From assembly GCA_045612305.1 (NCBI GenBank), contig JAZKYU010000025.1, positions 5,813-69,812 on the forward strand: a stretch of DNA of 64,000 nucleotides. Direction: 5' to 3'. The notes under the pieces were generated by a model, which was not told the DNA's origin, ran no database searches, and worked only from the letters and a program-made list of their open reading frames with translations. A program made the position numbers and the translations under genes. Every line of letters begins with the position of its first letter. Position 1 is the stretch's first letter. This DNA comes from Bacteroidaceae bacterium. GTDB lineage: Bacteria; Bacteroidota; Bacteroidia; Bacteroidales; Bacteroidaceae. Shown in pieces: positions 1-8,162 of the stretch.

Positions 1-1283
1 TAAAACACCTCCTCACTATACTGCTACTCTTTTTCAGCGTGGTGGCTGCCGCGCAAACAGCAGAGATAAAGAAGATGCGCGGCCAAGTGGGCGCGTTGCA
101 GAAAGAGATAGCGCAGAAGGAAAACATACTCCTCTCATCGAAGAAGGATATAAACAGCAAGTTGCAAAACCTAGACCTGCTCACCGCGCAGATAAAAGAG
201 CGCAAGGAGCTTATAAATATGCTTGTGAGCGAGGTGGATGCTCTTAACAAGGAGATAAAAAGACTCAACAAAGAGGTTGCCGACAACGAGGCCCGTGTAG
301 GCACATCGAAAGAGGAGTATGCGTCGGCACTAAGGCGCACTCGCCTTTATGGCAACTTTCAGAGCAAGCTGTTGTTCGTTATATCGGCCGACGACTTTAA
401 CTCTATGGCTCGACGCTACCGCTACACACGCCAGTATATGCAGGCCCACAAGCAGAAAGGCGAGGAGTTGAAAGAGGCTATCGCTGCCTTGCAGGTGAAG
501 AAAAGCGAGCTCGACAGCACGCTTGCCACAAAGAAAATATCGCTCGACGAGCAGACACACCAACGCAAAACCTTAGTGCTGCTCGAGGAGCAACAGCGCG
601 CCCTAGTTACCGAGCTTAAGAAAGAGTCGCGCAAGGTGGAAAAAGAGCTTCTTGCCCGTCGCAAGAAATTACAAAAACTAAACAATGATATTGAACAAGC
701 CATAGAGCGCGAGATAGCCGCGCAAAAAGCGCGTGAGGAGGCTGCGCGCAAAGAGGCCGCCCGCAAGGCTGCCGCGGCCAAAAAGAAGGGCGGTAAGAGC
801 GAGAAACCCGGCACAACTATCGCTGCAAAACCCACCACCGTTGACGATGCGGGTGTGACGAAGATGAGCGGGGCTTTTGCCCAGAACAAAGGTAAGCTGC
901 CTGTGCCCATTACAGGCCCCTATCACATAGTGAGCAGCTTTGGACCGCAGAAGGGCGTTGTGGGCAAAGGAAACATACAGATAGACTATGGTGGCATCAC
1001 TCTTGGTGGCGAGCGCGGCGCAAAAGCCCGCTGTATATTCGAGGGTAGGGTGACATCGGTTATCCGTCAGGGCGATTTTGCCTTTGTGCTAGTGCGTCAC
1101 GATAACTACATATCGGTATACTGCCGTTTGAGCGATATTGCGGTGCAAGAGGGCGACAAACTAAAGGCTGGCGATATAATAGGTACTGTGGCAACAGACG
1201 CTTCGGGGCACACACGTCTTCTCTTCCAGCTGCGCAACGAAAAGGCAAAGCTCAACCCCATGCTGTGGCTGAAGATAAAGTGA
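1..1283 (+). CDS. EnvC-like murein hydrolase activator (coiled coil plus degenerate LytM/M23 domain), 5' end cut by the window edge
   Basis: The frame stays open to the window start. Codons 3-38 read KHLLTILLLFFS, which joined to VVAAAQ forms a signal-peptide core, so the GTG at 39 is not the true start. The N-terminal half is a long K/E/Q/A-rich coiled coil. The C-terminal half has the M23 fold signature (VLVRHDNYISVY...GDIIGTV...LFQLR..KLNP) with the metal ligands substituted. Confidence 0.8.
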   Translation, partial: KHLLTILLLFFSVVAAAQTAEIKKMRGQVGALQKEIAQKENILLSSKKDINSKLQNLDLLTAQIKERKELINMLVSEVDALNKEIKRLNKEVADNEARVGTSKEEYASALRRTRLYGNFQSKLLFVISADDFNSMARRYRYTRQYMQAHKQKGEELKEAIAALQVKKSELDSTLATKKISLDEQTHQRKTLVLLEEQQRALVTELKKESRKVEKELLARRKKLQKLNNDIEQAIEREIAAQKAREEAARKEAARKAAAAKKKGGKSEKPGTTIAAKPTTVDDAGVTKMSGAFAQNKGKLPVPITGPYHIVSSFGPQKGVVGKGNIQIDYGGITLGGERGAKARCIFEGRVTSVIRQGDFAFVLVRHDNYISVYCRLSDIAVQEGDKLKAGDIIGTVATDASGHTRLLFQLRNEKAKLNPMLWLKIK

Positions 1284-1309
1284 TAGCTAAATAAAAGATT
1301 TTAAACACT

Positions 1310-2074
1310 ATGAAAAAGATTTACTTTTTTCTCGTTGCCCTGCTGCTCACCGTGAGCGCCGGCGCACAAACTTTGAGGGGAGACATCGATGGCGACGGCA
1401 TAGTGGACGTTGCCGATGTAACCGAGATTGTAAATATAATTCTCCACGGCGACAAGGAAGAAGAGCCCGACACCCCCGTCGTTCCCGGCGAGCCTACCAC
1501 CGACAGCCGTGCCATCGACCTTGGCCTCTCGGTTAAATGGGCTAGTTGCAACGTTGATGCCACAGAGCCCTGGGAATATGGCGGTTACTATGCTTGGGGC
1601 GAAACCGAGGAGAAAAGCGACTACTCTTGGAGCACCTACAAATATTACAATGGCAGTTACGATTCAATAACCAAATATTGCACAAACAGCAACTCCGGCA
1701 CAGTAGATAACAAAACCACCCTTGAAGCAAGTGACGATGTTGCCACTGTAAAATGGGGCGGCTCGTGGAGAATGCCCACAAAAGCAGAACAAGACGAACT
1801 TTGCAACAACAGCACCTGGCAATGGATCACCCTTAACGGCGTTAACGGTTACCGCGTAACCGGGCCCAACGGCAACAGCATATTCCTGCCCGCTGCGGGT
1901 TGCCGCTACGGTTCGGTAGTCAATGACCAAAGCTCCTTCGGCTACTATTGGTCGAGTTCGTTGAATAGCAGTGACAGCTACAGCGCCTACTACCTGGTCT
2001 TCTACAGTAGCGGCTACGTCTGGGACTACTACTACCGTTACGGCGGCCGCTCGGTGCGCCCTGTGTGCGAGTAA
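1310..2074 (+). CDS. Secreted protein: signal peptide, single dockerin-like Ca-binding repeat, FISUMP/DUF1566-like domain
   Basis: Signal peptide MKKIYFFLVALLLTVSAGAQ. GDIDGDGIVDVADVTEIVNIIL matches one dockerin type-I segment. WGGSWRMPTKAEQDEL and GYYWSSSL...GRSVRPVC are typical of the Fibrobacter-succinogenes-major-paralogous / DUF1566 fold. Confidence 0.65.
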   Translation: MKKIYFFLVALLLTVSAGAQTLRGDIDGDGIVDVADVTEIVNIILHGDKEEEPDTPVVPGEPTTDSRAIDLGLSVKWASCNVDATEPWEYGGYYAWGETEEKSDYSWSTYKYYNGSYDSITKYCTNSNSGTVDNKTTLEASDDVATVKWGGSWRMPTKAEQDELCNNSTWQWITLNGVNGYRVTGPNGNSIFLPAAGCRYGSVVNDQSSFGYYWSSSLNSSDSYSAYYLVFYSSGYVWDYYYRYGGRSVRPVCE

Positions 2075-2094
2075 TGTAAATGAATAAATAACAT

Positions 2095-2135
2095 CACCCC
2101 GCTCTCCGTTTTTTGGTGGGCGGGGTGTGTTTTAT
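2095..2135. terminator. Bidirectional hairpin terminator between the FISUMP-like gene and argD
   Basis: CACCCCGC (2095-2102) pairs with GCGGGGTG (2120-2127). A T-run sits in and after the hairpin, and it lies between convergent genes. Confidence 0.6.
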
Positions 2136-2152
2136 AATAACTGTACCGGTAA

Positions 2153-3277
2153 TTACCCAAGCACTCTTTTGAAGCGCTCTATAAAATCGGCAGCTTGCTC
2201 AAGTGTGAGCGTGAGCGGGGGCAACAGGCGTATAACGTTTGTGCCACTAACGCCTGTGAAGACGTGCTCGTCGAAGAGAAGGCGACGGCGTATATCCTTT
2301 ATGGGCTCGTCGAACTCCATACCTATCATAAGGCCACGGCCACGCACCTCTTTGATTTGAGGCAGCTTTTGCAGCTCTTGTACCAGGTAGTTGCCCACGG
2401 TGTTCACGTTGTCGAGGAGTTTCTCCTCGTCCATAACCTCGAGCACGGCTTGCACGGCTGCGCAAGCAAGGTGGTTGCCGCCGAAGGTTGTTCCCAACTC
2501 GCCATATACGGCCTGGAATTTGGGGCTTATGAGCACGCAGCCCACGGGGAAACCGTTGCCGATGCCCTTGGCCTGTGTGATGATGTCGGGGCGTATGCCG
2601 GCCCACTGGTGTGCAAAGAACTTACCGCTACGGCCGCAACCGCTCTGTATCTCGTCGAGGATGAGGGTGGTGTCGGTGCTGTTGCACAACTCTTGCAACT
2701 GTTGCAAGAACTCTGTGCTGGGTATTCTTATGCCGCCCACACCCTGTATACCTTCGATTATAACAGCTGTTACATCGCCTTTTGCTATCTCGGCGCGTAC
2801 TGCATCGATGTCGCCAAGGGGTAGGTATGTGGTGTGCCCGCAGTTGTTTATGGGGGCAATTATTTTGGGGTTGTCGGTAACCTCAACCGCGAGCGATGTG
2901 CGCCCGTGGAATGCTTTCTGAAAGGAGATTACGCGGGTTTTTCCGTTCTTGAACGAGGAGAGCTTGAGGGCGTTCTCGTTGGCCTCGGCACCCGAGTTTA
3001 TGAAAAAGAGGTTGTAGTCCTCGTAGCCGCTTATCTTGCCGAGCTTTTCGGCAGCGTTTTGTTGCAGGGTGTTTATCACCGAGTTTGAGTAGAAACCCAG
3101 CGTAGCCACCTGGCGGCTTATGTAGTCGACATACTTGGGGTGTGCGTGGCCTATAGATATTACCGCGTGTCCGCCGTATAGGTCGAGATATTCGGTGCCT
3201 TTGTCGTCCCACACACGGCATCCGTCGCCTTTTACGATGTTTACATCGAAGAGGGGATATACATCATATAGTTTCAT
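2153..3277 (-). CDS. argD: Acetylornithine (or succinylornithine) aminotransferase, class-III PLP aminotransferase
   Basis: 374 aa. LDLYGGHAVISIGHAHP, FFINSGAEANENALK and LILDEIQSGCGRSGKFFA (PLP-Lys region) are class-III aminotransferase signatures. It is the last gene of the arg cluster. Confidence 0.9.
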   Translation of the reverse strand: MKLYDVYPLFDVNIVKGDGCRVWDDKGTEYLDLYGGHAVISIGHAHPKYVDYISRQVATLGFYSNSVINTLQQNAAEKLGKISGYEDYNLFFINSGAEANENALKLSSFKNGKTRVISFQKAFHGRTSLAVEVTDNPKIIAPINNCGHTTYLPLGDIDAVRAEIAKGDVTAVIIEGIQGVGGIRIPSTEFLQQLQELCNSTDTTLILDEIQSGCGRSGKFFAHQWAGIRPDIITQAKGIGNGFPVGCVLISPKFQAVYGELGTTFGGNHLACAAVQAVLEVMDEEKLLDNVNTVGNYLVQELQKLPQIKEVRGRGLMIGMEFDEPIKDIRRRLLFDEHVFTGVSGTNVIRLLPPLTLTLEQAADFIERFKRVLG

Positions 3278-3295
3278 ATAGTTCCTCCTTAATTT

Positions 3296-4264
3296 TTAGA
3301 ACGCCGAAGGTTTAAGTTTGAGTCCCACGGTCTCCTCGAGGCCGAAGAGAAGGTTCATATTGTGCACTGCCTGGCCGCTTGCACCCTTCAACAAGTTGTC
3401 GATGATAGAGGTTACGAGCAGTTTGCCACCGTGTTTCTCGAGGTGTATGAGGCACTTATTGGTGTTTACCACTTGCTTGAGGTCGAGCGGTTTGTTCACT
3501 ATGTGGGTGAAAGAGTCGCGCTCGTAGTAGCTCTCGTAGAGTTTGTAGATGGTCTCAATGTCGAGGTCGCACTTTACAACGATGGTGGTGAAGATACCAC
3601 GGGGGAAGTCTCCACGGTAGGGGATAAAGTCTATCTCGCCGTCAAAGTCGGGCTGTAGCTGCTTTACGCTCTGCAAAATCTCGGGGAGGTGCTGGTGTGT
3701 GAAGGGCTTGTAGATGCTTATGTTGTTGTTTCTCCAGCTAAAGTGTGTTGTTGTCGAGGGCTTTACTCCTGCGCCGGTGCTGCCGGTGATGGCGTTTACC
3801 GATATGTCGCCTTTGAGCAGGTGCTCTTTGGCAAGGGGGAGGAGGCCAAGCTCTATGCAGGTTGCAAAGCAGCCGGGGTTGGCAACGTAGCGGCTTTTGC
3901 AGGTTGCACGGCGGTTGAGCTCGGGCAAGCCGTAGATGAAGTCGTGGTCGTTGCTCTTTATGCGGTAGTCCATAGAGAGGTCGATAACTTTCAACTCCTC
4001 GGGCAACTGTGTGCACTCGAGGAACTTGCGGGTGTCGCCGTGGGCTGTGCAAAAGTAGAGAAGGTCTATCTCCTCAAAGGGCATCTTGTCGGTGAAGAGA
4101 AGGTCGGTCTCGCCCAAGAGTCCGGCGTGCACGTCGGTTATGCGGTTACCAGCGTTGCTTGTGCTGTGTACAAATTTTATCTCAACTTCGGGGTGCCCGA
4201 GCAGCAGACGGAGAAGTTCACCGGCTGTGTAGCCTGCACCACCTATAATTCCTACTTTAATCAT
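3296..4264 (-). CDS. argC: N-acetyl-gamma-glutamyl-phosphate reductase
   Basis: 322 aa. N-terminal MIKVGIIGGAGYTAGELLRLL Rossmann motif and the active-site NPGCFAT motif. Confidence 0.92.
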   Translation of the reverse strand: MIKVGIIGGAGYTAGELLRLLLGHPEVEIKFVHSTSNAGNRITDVHAGLLGETDLLFTDKMPFEEIDLLYFCTAHGDTRKFLECTQLPEELKVIDLSMDYRIKSNDHDFIYGLPELNRRATCKSRYVANPGCFATCIELGLLPLAKEHLLKGDISVNAITGSTGAGVKPSTTTHFSWRNNNISIYKPFTHQHLPEILQSVKQLQPDFDGEIDFIPYRGDFPRGIFTTIVVKCDLDIETIYKLYESYYERDSFTHIVNKPLDLKQVVNTNKCLIHLEKHGGKLLVTSIIDNLLKGASGQAVHNMNLLFGLEETVGLKLKPSAF

Positions 4265-4285
4265 TATGTGTTGTTTGTGTGGTTT

Positions 4286-5488
4286 TTAAATTTTTTCGTC
4301 GGGGTGGTTGGCGTAGTAAGCGCGCAGGGGTGTTGAGGTTACTTTGATGAAACCTTTTGCCTCCTCGGCAGTCCAGCCTTTTTGTGTTTCGCCATACTCG
4401 CCAAGCTTGTTCTTTACAAGGTCGTTGGGTGAGTCTACGCCCACGGTCTCAAAGTGCTTGGGCATGAGCTTGAGTATTGCTGTACCGGTTACGTTGCGCT
4501 GTGAGCTCTCGAGCATTGCCTCGATGTCGCGCATAACAGGCTCCAAATATTGGCTCTCGTGGAGGAACATACCATACCAGTTGGCAACTTGGTCTTTCCA
4601 GTATTGTTGCCACTTGCTCAATGTATATTTCTCGAGGAATTTGTGTGCTGCGATGATGAGCATAGGTGCTGCAGCCTCGAAGCCCACGCGGCCCTTGATA
4701 CCTACGATGGTGTCGCCCACGTGCATGTCGCGGCCGATGCCATAGGCTGCGCCAATCTCCTCAACCTTCTGTATAGCCTTTATGGGGTCGCAGAAGTTCT
4801 CGCCGTTCACAGCTTTGAGCTTGCCGTTCTCGAATGTGAGGTGCAACTCCTCTTCGCCGCTCTTTTCAACCTGCTTTAGGTAGGCTGTCTCGGGGAGGCC
4901 CTGTTTAGAGTCGAGTATCTCGCCACCGCAGATGCTTGTGCCCCAAATACCTACGTTGTAAGAGTATTTGAGCTTTGTAAAGTCGGCAAAGAAGCCGTTC
5001 TCGTTGAGGTAGTTAATCTCGTACTCACGTGTGAGGGTCATGTCGCGTGTGAGGGTTATAATCTCAACGCCGGGTGCACACACGAGGAAGGTCATATCGA
5101 AACGTATCTGGTCGTTACCTGCGCCGGTTGAGCCGTGTGCTATGGCCGATGCGCCTATCTCGTTGGCGTAGCGGGCGATGGCAAGAGCCTGGAATATTCT
5201 CTCCGATGATACCGATATGGGGTAGGTGCCGTTACGCAACACGTTACCATATATCATATATTTGAGGCTCTTCTCGTAGTACTCTTGTGTAACGTCGAGG
5301 GTAACATATTTTGTTGCGCCCAACTTGTAGGCGTTTTCTTCGTTCTGTTTCAGCTGCTCGGGGCTGAAGCCACCGGTGTTAGCACAGGCTGCATAAACTT
5401 CGTAGCCTTTCTCTTTGGCTAGGTACATAACGGTGAACGATGTGTCGAGTCCGCCGCTGAAGGCTACAACTACTTTTTTCTTTTCCAT
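4286..5488 (-). CDS. argG: Argininosuccinate synthase
   Basis: 400 aa. AFSGGLDTS PP-loop, HGSTGAGNDQIRFD, and a full-length ArgG-like C-terminus. Confidence 0.95.
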   Translation of the reverse strand: MEKKKVVVAFSGGLDTSFTVMYLAKEKGYEVYAACANTGGFSPEQLKQNEENAYKLGATKYVTLDVTQEYYEKSLKYMIYGNVLRNGTYPISVSSERIFQALAIARYANEIGASAIAHGSTGAGNDQIRFDMTFLVCAPGVEIITLTRDMTLTREYEINYLNENGFFADFTKLKYSYNVGIWGTSICGGEILDSKQGLPETAYLKQVEKSGEEELHLTFENGKLKAVNGENFCDPIKAIQKVEEIGAAYGIGRDMHVGDTIVGIKGRVGFEAAAPMLIIAAHKFLEKYTLSKWQQYWKDQVANWYGMFLHESQYLEPVMRDIEAMLESSQRNVTGTAILKLMPKHFETVGVDSPNDLVKNKLGEYGETQKGWTAEEAKGFIKVTSTPLRAYYANHPDEKI

Positions 5489-5514
5489 AATATTATATAG
5501 GTGTTTCTTTATTT

Positions 5515-6090
5515 TTATTCTTCAACAATTCTTTTAATTTTTTTTGCAGGGTCGTAAAGCATAGCTGTGCAGATGCAGTAGCGACGGTCGGTGCGCTGGA
5601 GCACGTCGTGGTTTATGCAGCCCTGGCATCCTTTCCAGAAGGACTCGTCGTCGGTAAGCTCCGAAAAGGGGACGGGCACGTAGCCAAGCTCGGTGTTTAT
5701 CTTCATAACGGCGCCACCGCTTGTGAGGCCGAAGAGCTTTGCTTCGGGCCATAGCTTGCGCGAGAGGTTGAACGCGGTTTTCTTGATGCGTTTTGCGAGG
5801 CCGTGGCCGCGGAACTTTTCAACAACTATAAGTCCCGAGTTTGCAACATACTGCTTGTTGCCCCAGCTCTCGATGTAGCAGAAACCGGCAAACTCCTCGC
5901 CGTGTAGTGCGATGATGGCTTTGCCTTCTTTCATCTTTTGTGCAACATATTCGTGTGTGCGCTTGGCAATACCGGTGCCACGCACCTTTGCTGCAGCGCT
6001 TATGGTATCGAGTATCTCATCGACATATTTCTCGTGCGATGCGTTTGCAATGATAACTTCTATGCCATCGTTGTATTCTTTTTCTTCCAT
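5515..6090 (-). CDS. GNAT-family N-acyltransferase of the arginine cluster (candidate glutamate N-acyltransferase)
   Basis: 191 aa. GNAT acyl-CoA motif VVEKFRGHGLAKRI. Sits between argR and argG, as in Bacteroides arg operons. Confidence 0.75.
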   Translation of the reverse strand: MEEKEYNDGIEVIIANASHEKYVDEILDTISAAAKVRGTGIAKRTHEYVAQKMKEGKAIIALHGEEFAGFCYIESWGNKQYVANSGLIVVEKFRGHGLAKRIKKTAFNLSRKLWPEAKLFGLTSGGAVMKINTELGYVPVPFSELTDDESFWKGCQGCINHDVLQRTDRRYCICTAMLYDPAKKIKRIVEE

Positions 6091-6109
6091 CTTTTTATTC
6101 TGACGTCTT

Positions 6110-6592
6110 TTATATATTCGGTATAATAGTTCTTAATGCTCTCAACACGGCTCCACGGCTGGCGTCTTCGGCAATTATCATCATAACGGTGTCGTCGCCG
6201 GCGAGCGTTCCTATAATTTCGGGAAACTCGTAGTTGTCTATGTGGTAGGCAAGTGTGCTTGCGTAGCTGGGCTTGGTGTGTATGACAGCTATGTTGCCCG
6301 AAAACTTTATAGACAAGAAACCGTTGCTCTCTTGGCTGGGGTTTACGGGGCGCATCTCACCTTCGGTGCCTTCGTGGCGGTATTGGTGGGGGCGTGTGAG
6401 CACGTAACGGTAGCGGCCTTGCACACCTACTGTCTTTACCACACGCAACTGGTGAAGGTCGCGCGACAAGGTTGCCTGTGTTAGTTTAAAGCCCTCTTTA
6501 GCAAGCTCGGCAAGTAGCTCCTCCTGGCTCCCTATCTCTTGGGTAGAGAGGATGAGGCGTATTGCATCGAGACGTGAGTTTTTTATCTTCAT
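6110..6592 (-). CDS. argR: Arginine repressor ArgR
   Basis: Start moved to the internal ATG at 6592 (MKIKNSRLDAIRLILSTQEIGSQEELL...). This gives 160 aa with an N-terminal winged helix and C-terminal GTLAGDDT arginine-binding motif. The upstream 30 codons of the track ORF run through the promoter region. Confidence 0.9.
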   Translation of the reverse strand: MKIKNSRLDAIRLILSTQEIGSQEELLAELAKEGFKLTQATLSRDLHQLRVVKTVGVQGRYRYVLTRPHQYRHEGTEGEMRPVNPSQESNGFLSIKFSGNIAVIHTKPSYASTLAYHIDNYEFPEIIGTLAGDDTVMMIIAEDASRGAVLRALRTIIPNI

Positions 6593-6618
6593 AATTGTAT
6601 ATTTATTCTTGCGAGCCG

Positions 6619-6626
6619 CAAAAATA
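6619..6626 (-). promoter_or_regulatory. Candidate -7 promoter box for argR (TATTTTTG on the minus strand)
   Basis: Matches the Bacteroidetes TAnnTTTG consensus 26 nt upstream of the ATG at 6592. Confidence 0.45.
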
Positions 6627-6693
6627 CGAATATTTACACAATAATGTATATTTTTTTGCTGTTTTTTTGCAAGAAAGTGCAATAAAAGAGTAA

Positions 6694-6728
6694 AAAATAT
6701 GCAACAGGGGTGAGCTGTTGCATATTTT
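6694..6728. terminator. Hairpin terminator downstream of the inositol-3-phosphate synthase gene
   Basis: AAAATATGCAACAG / CTGTTGCATATTTT is a perfect 14-bp stem with a 7-nt loop, and its A/T-rich ends supply U-tracts on both strands. Confidence 0.75.
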
Positions 6729-6748
6729 TCTTATATAAAGCGGTGTTT

Positions 6749-8062
6749 TTAGTCTAACTCTTGGTCGGCCTCGTAGCCTGCAAGTTCGCGTATCTTGTTT
6801 TTGAGCATAGCAAATTGCTTGAAGAGGTCGTGCACGGGTTTCTCGTCGTCTTTGTGCATGGGAGCCTTGCAGTAGAACGACATAAACTCCTGTATGCCGT
6901 ACTCGCCGGCGCGTAGCGCTATATCGCTAAAGAGTATGAGGTCGAGCACAAGGGGAGCTGCAAGTATAGAGTCGCGACAGAGGAAGTTTACCTTTATGGT
7001 CATGGGGTAGCCCATCCACCCAAAGATGTCGATATTGTCCCAGCTCTCTTTTTCGTCGCCACGCGGGGGGTAGTAGTTTATTCTCACCTTGTGGTAGATG
7101 TCTGAATAGAGGTCGGGGTATACATCGCTGTCGAGTATGTTGTCGAGAGCCGATGTTTTGCTGCGGCGTTTGGTTTCGAAGTTTTCGGGGTTGTCGAGTA
7201 CCACACCGTCGCGGTTGCCCAGGATGTTGGTCGAAAACCAACCTGTAACACCCAATTGACGGGTGAAGAAGGCTGGGGCAAGCACGGTTTTCATCATAGT
7301 TTGCCCGCTCTTGAAGTCTTTGCCTGTGATGGGTACTTTTTCCTCCTCGGCAAGCTCCCACATGGCGGGTATGTCTATGCAGAGGTTGGGCGCGCCCATA
7401 ACATAGGGGCAACCCTCGCGCATAGCGGCGTAAGCATAGCACATACTGGGTGCTATGCGTGCGGTGTCGTTGGCTTTCATAGCCTCCTCAAAGGCTGCGA
7501 GGCTGCCGTGTACCTGCTCGTCGCGGGGTATGTATTTTTCGGTGCTGGCTATCCATATAACAACCACGCGGTCGCAGTTGTTCTCTTTTTTAAAGTTGCG
7601 TATATCCTCGCGCAGTTGTTCGGTGAGCTCCCAGCGTGTGCCGGCGGTTTTTACGTTGGGGCCGTCGATGTTTGTTGCGTAGCTTTTGTCGAAGAGGGCC
7701 TTGTAGGGGCGTATAGCCTTGAGCTCCTCCTTCACAGGCTCTATGTCCTGCTGCTTGAGTACGGCTGCTTTTATGGCAGCGTCGTAGGCATCGTCTTCGT
7801 ACAAGTCCCACGCGCCAAACACTATATCTTGGAGGGGTGCAACGGGCACAATGTCCTTAACCTCTTTATATATCTTCTCGCTACCACGGCCTAAACGCAT
7901 TATACCCTCGCAAGCAAAAGAGCCTGTGGGGCGCGAGAGTCCTTTGCGTGCCATAAGCGTGCCTATAATTGTTGTTGTGGTTACCGCTCCCAGCCCCACG
8001 CACATTACTCCGAGCTTGCCGTTTGCGGGTTTTACCTTATTTTGTCTCATATAGCCGAACAA
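6749..8062 (-). CDS. ino1: myo-Inositol-3-phosphate synthase (MIPS)
   Basis: 437 aa. N-terminal GVMCVGLGAVTTT Rossmann region, plus SGQTMMKTVLAP and NILGNRDG typical of the MIPS family. Either of two nearby ATGs could be the start. Confidence 0.85.
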   Translation of the reverse strand: MFGYMRQNKVKPANGKLGVMCVGLGAVTTTTIIGTLMARKGLSRPTGSFACEGIMRLGRGSEKIYKEVKDIVPVAPLQDIVFGAWDLYEDDAYDAAIKAAVLKQQDIEPVKEELKAIRPYKALFDKSYATNIDGPNVKTAGTRWELTEQLREDIRNFKKENNCDRVVVIWIASTEKYIPRDEQVHGSLAAFEEAMKANDTARIAPSMCYAYAAMREGCPYVMGAPNLCIDIPAMWELAEEEKVPITGKDFKSGQTMMKTVLAPAFFTRQLGVTGWFSTNILGNRDGVVLDNPENFETKRRSKTSALDNILDSDVYPDLYSDIYHKVRINYYPPRGDEKESWDNIDIFGWMGYPMTIKVNFLCRDSILAAPLVLDLILFSDIALRAGEYGIQEFMSFYCKAPMHKDDEKPVHDLFKQFAMLKNKIRELAGYEADQELD

Positions 8063-8162
8063 ATTTCTAATTTCTCAAGCAAAGAAACTGCTTTTTATTG
8101 AACAAACCTAAATATTTACTTAAATGTTGCCCCTTTTTTATAAAATTTATGCTTGCTTGCGG

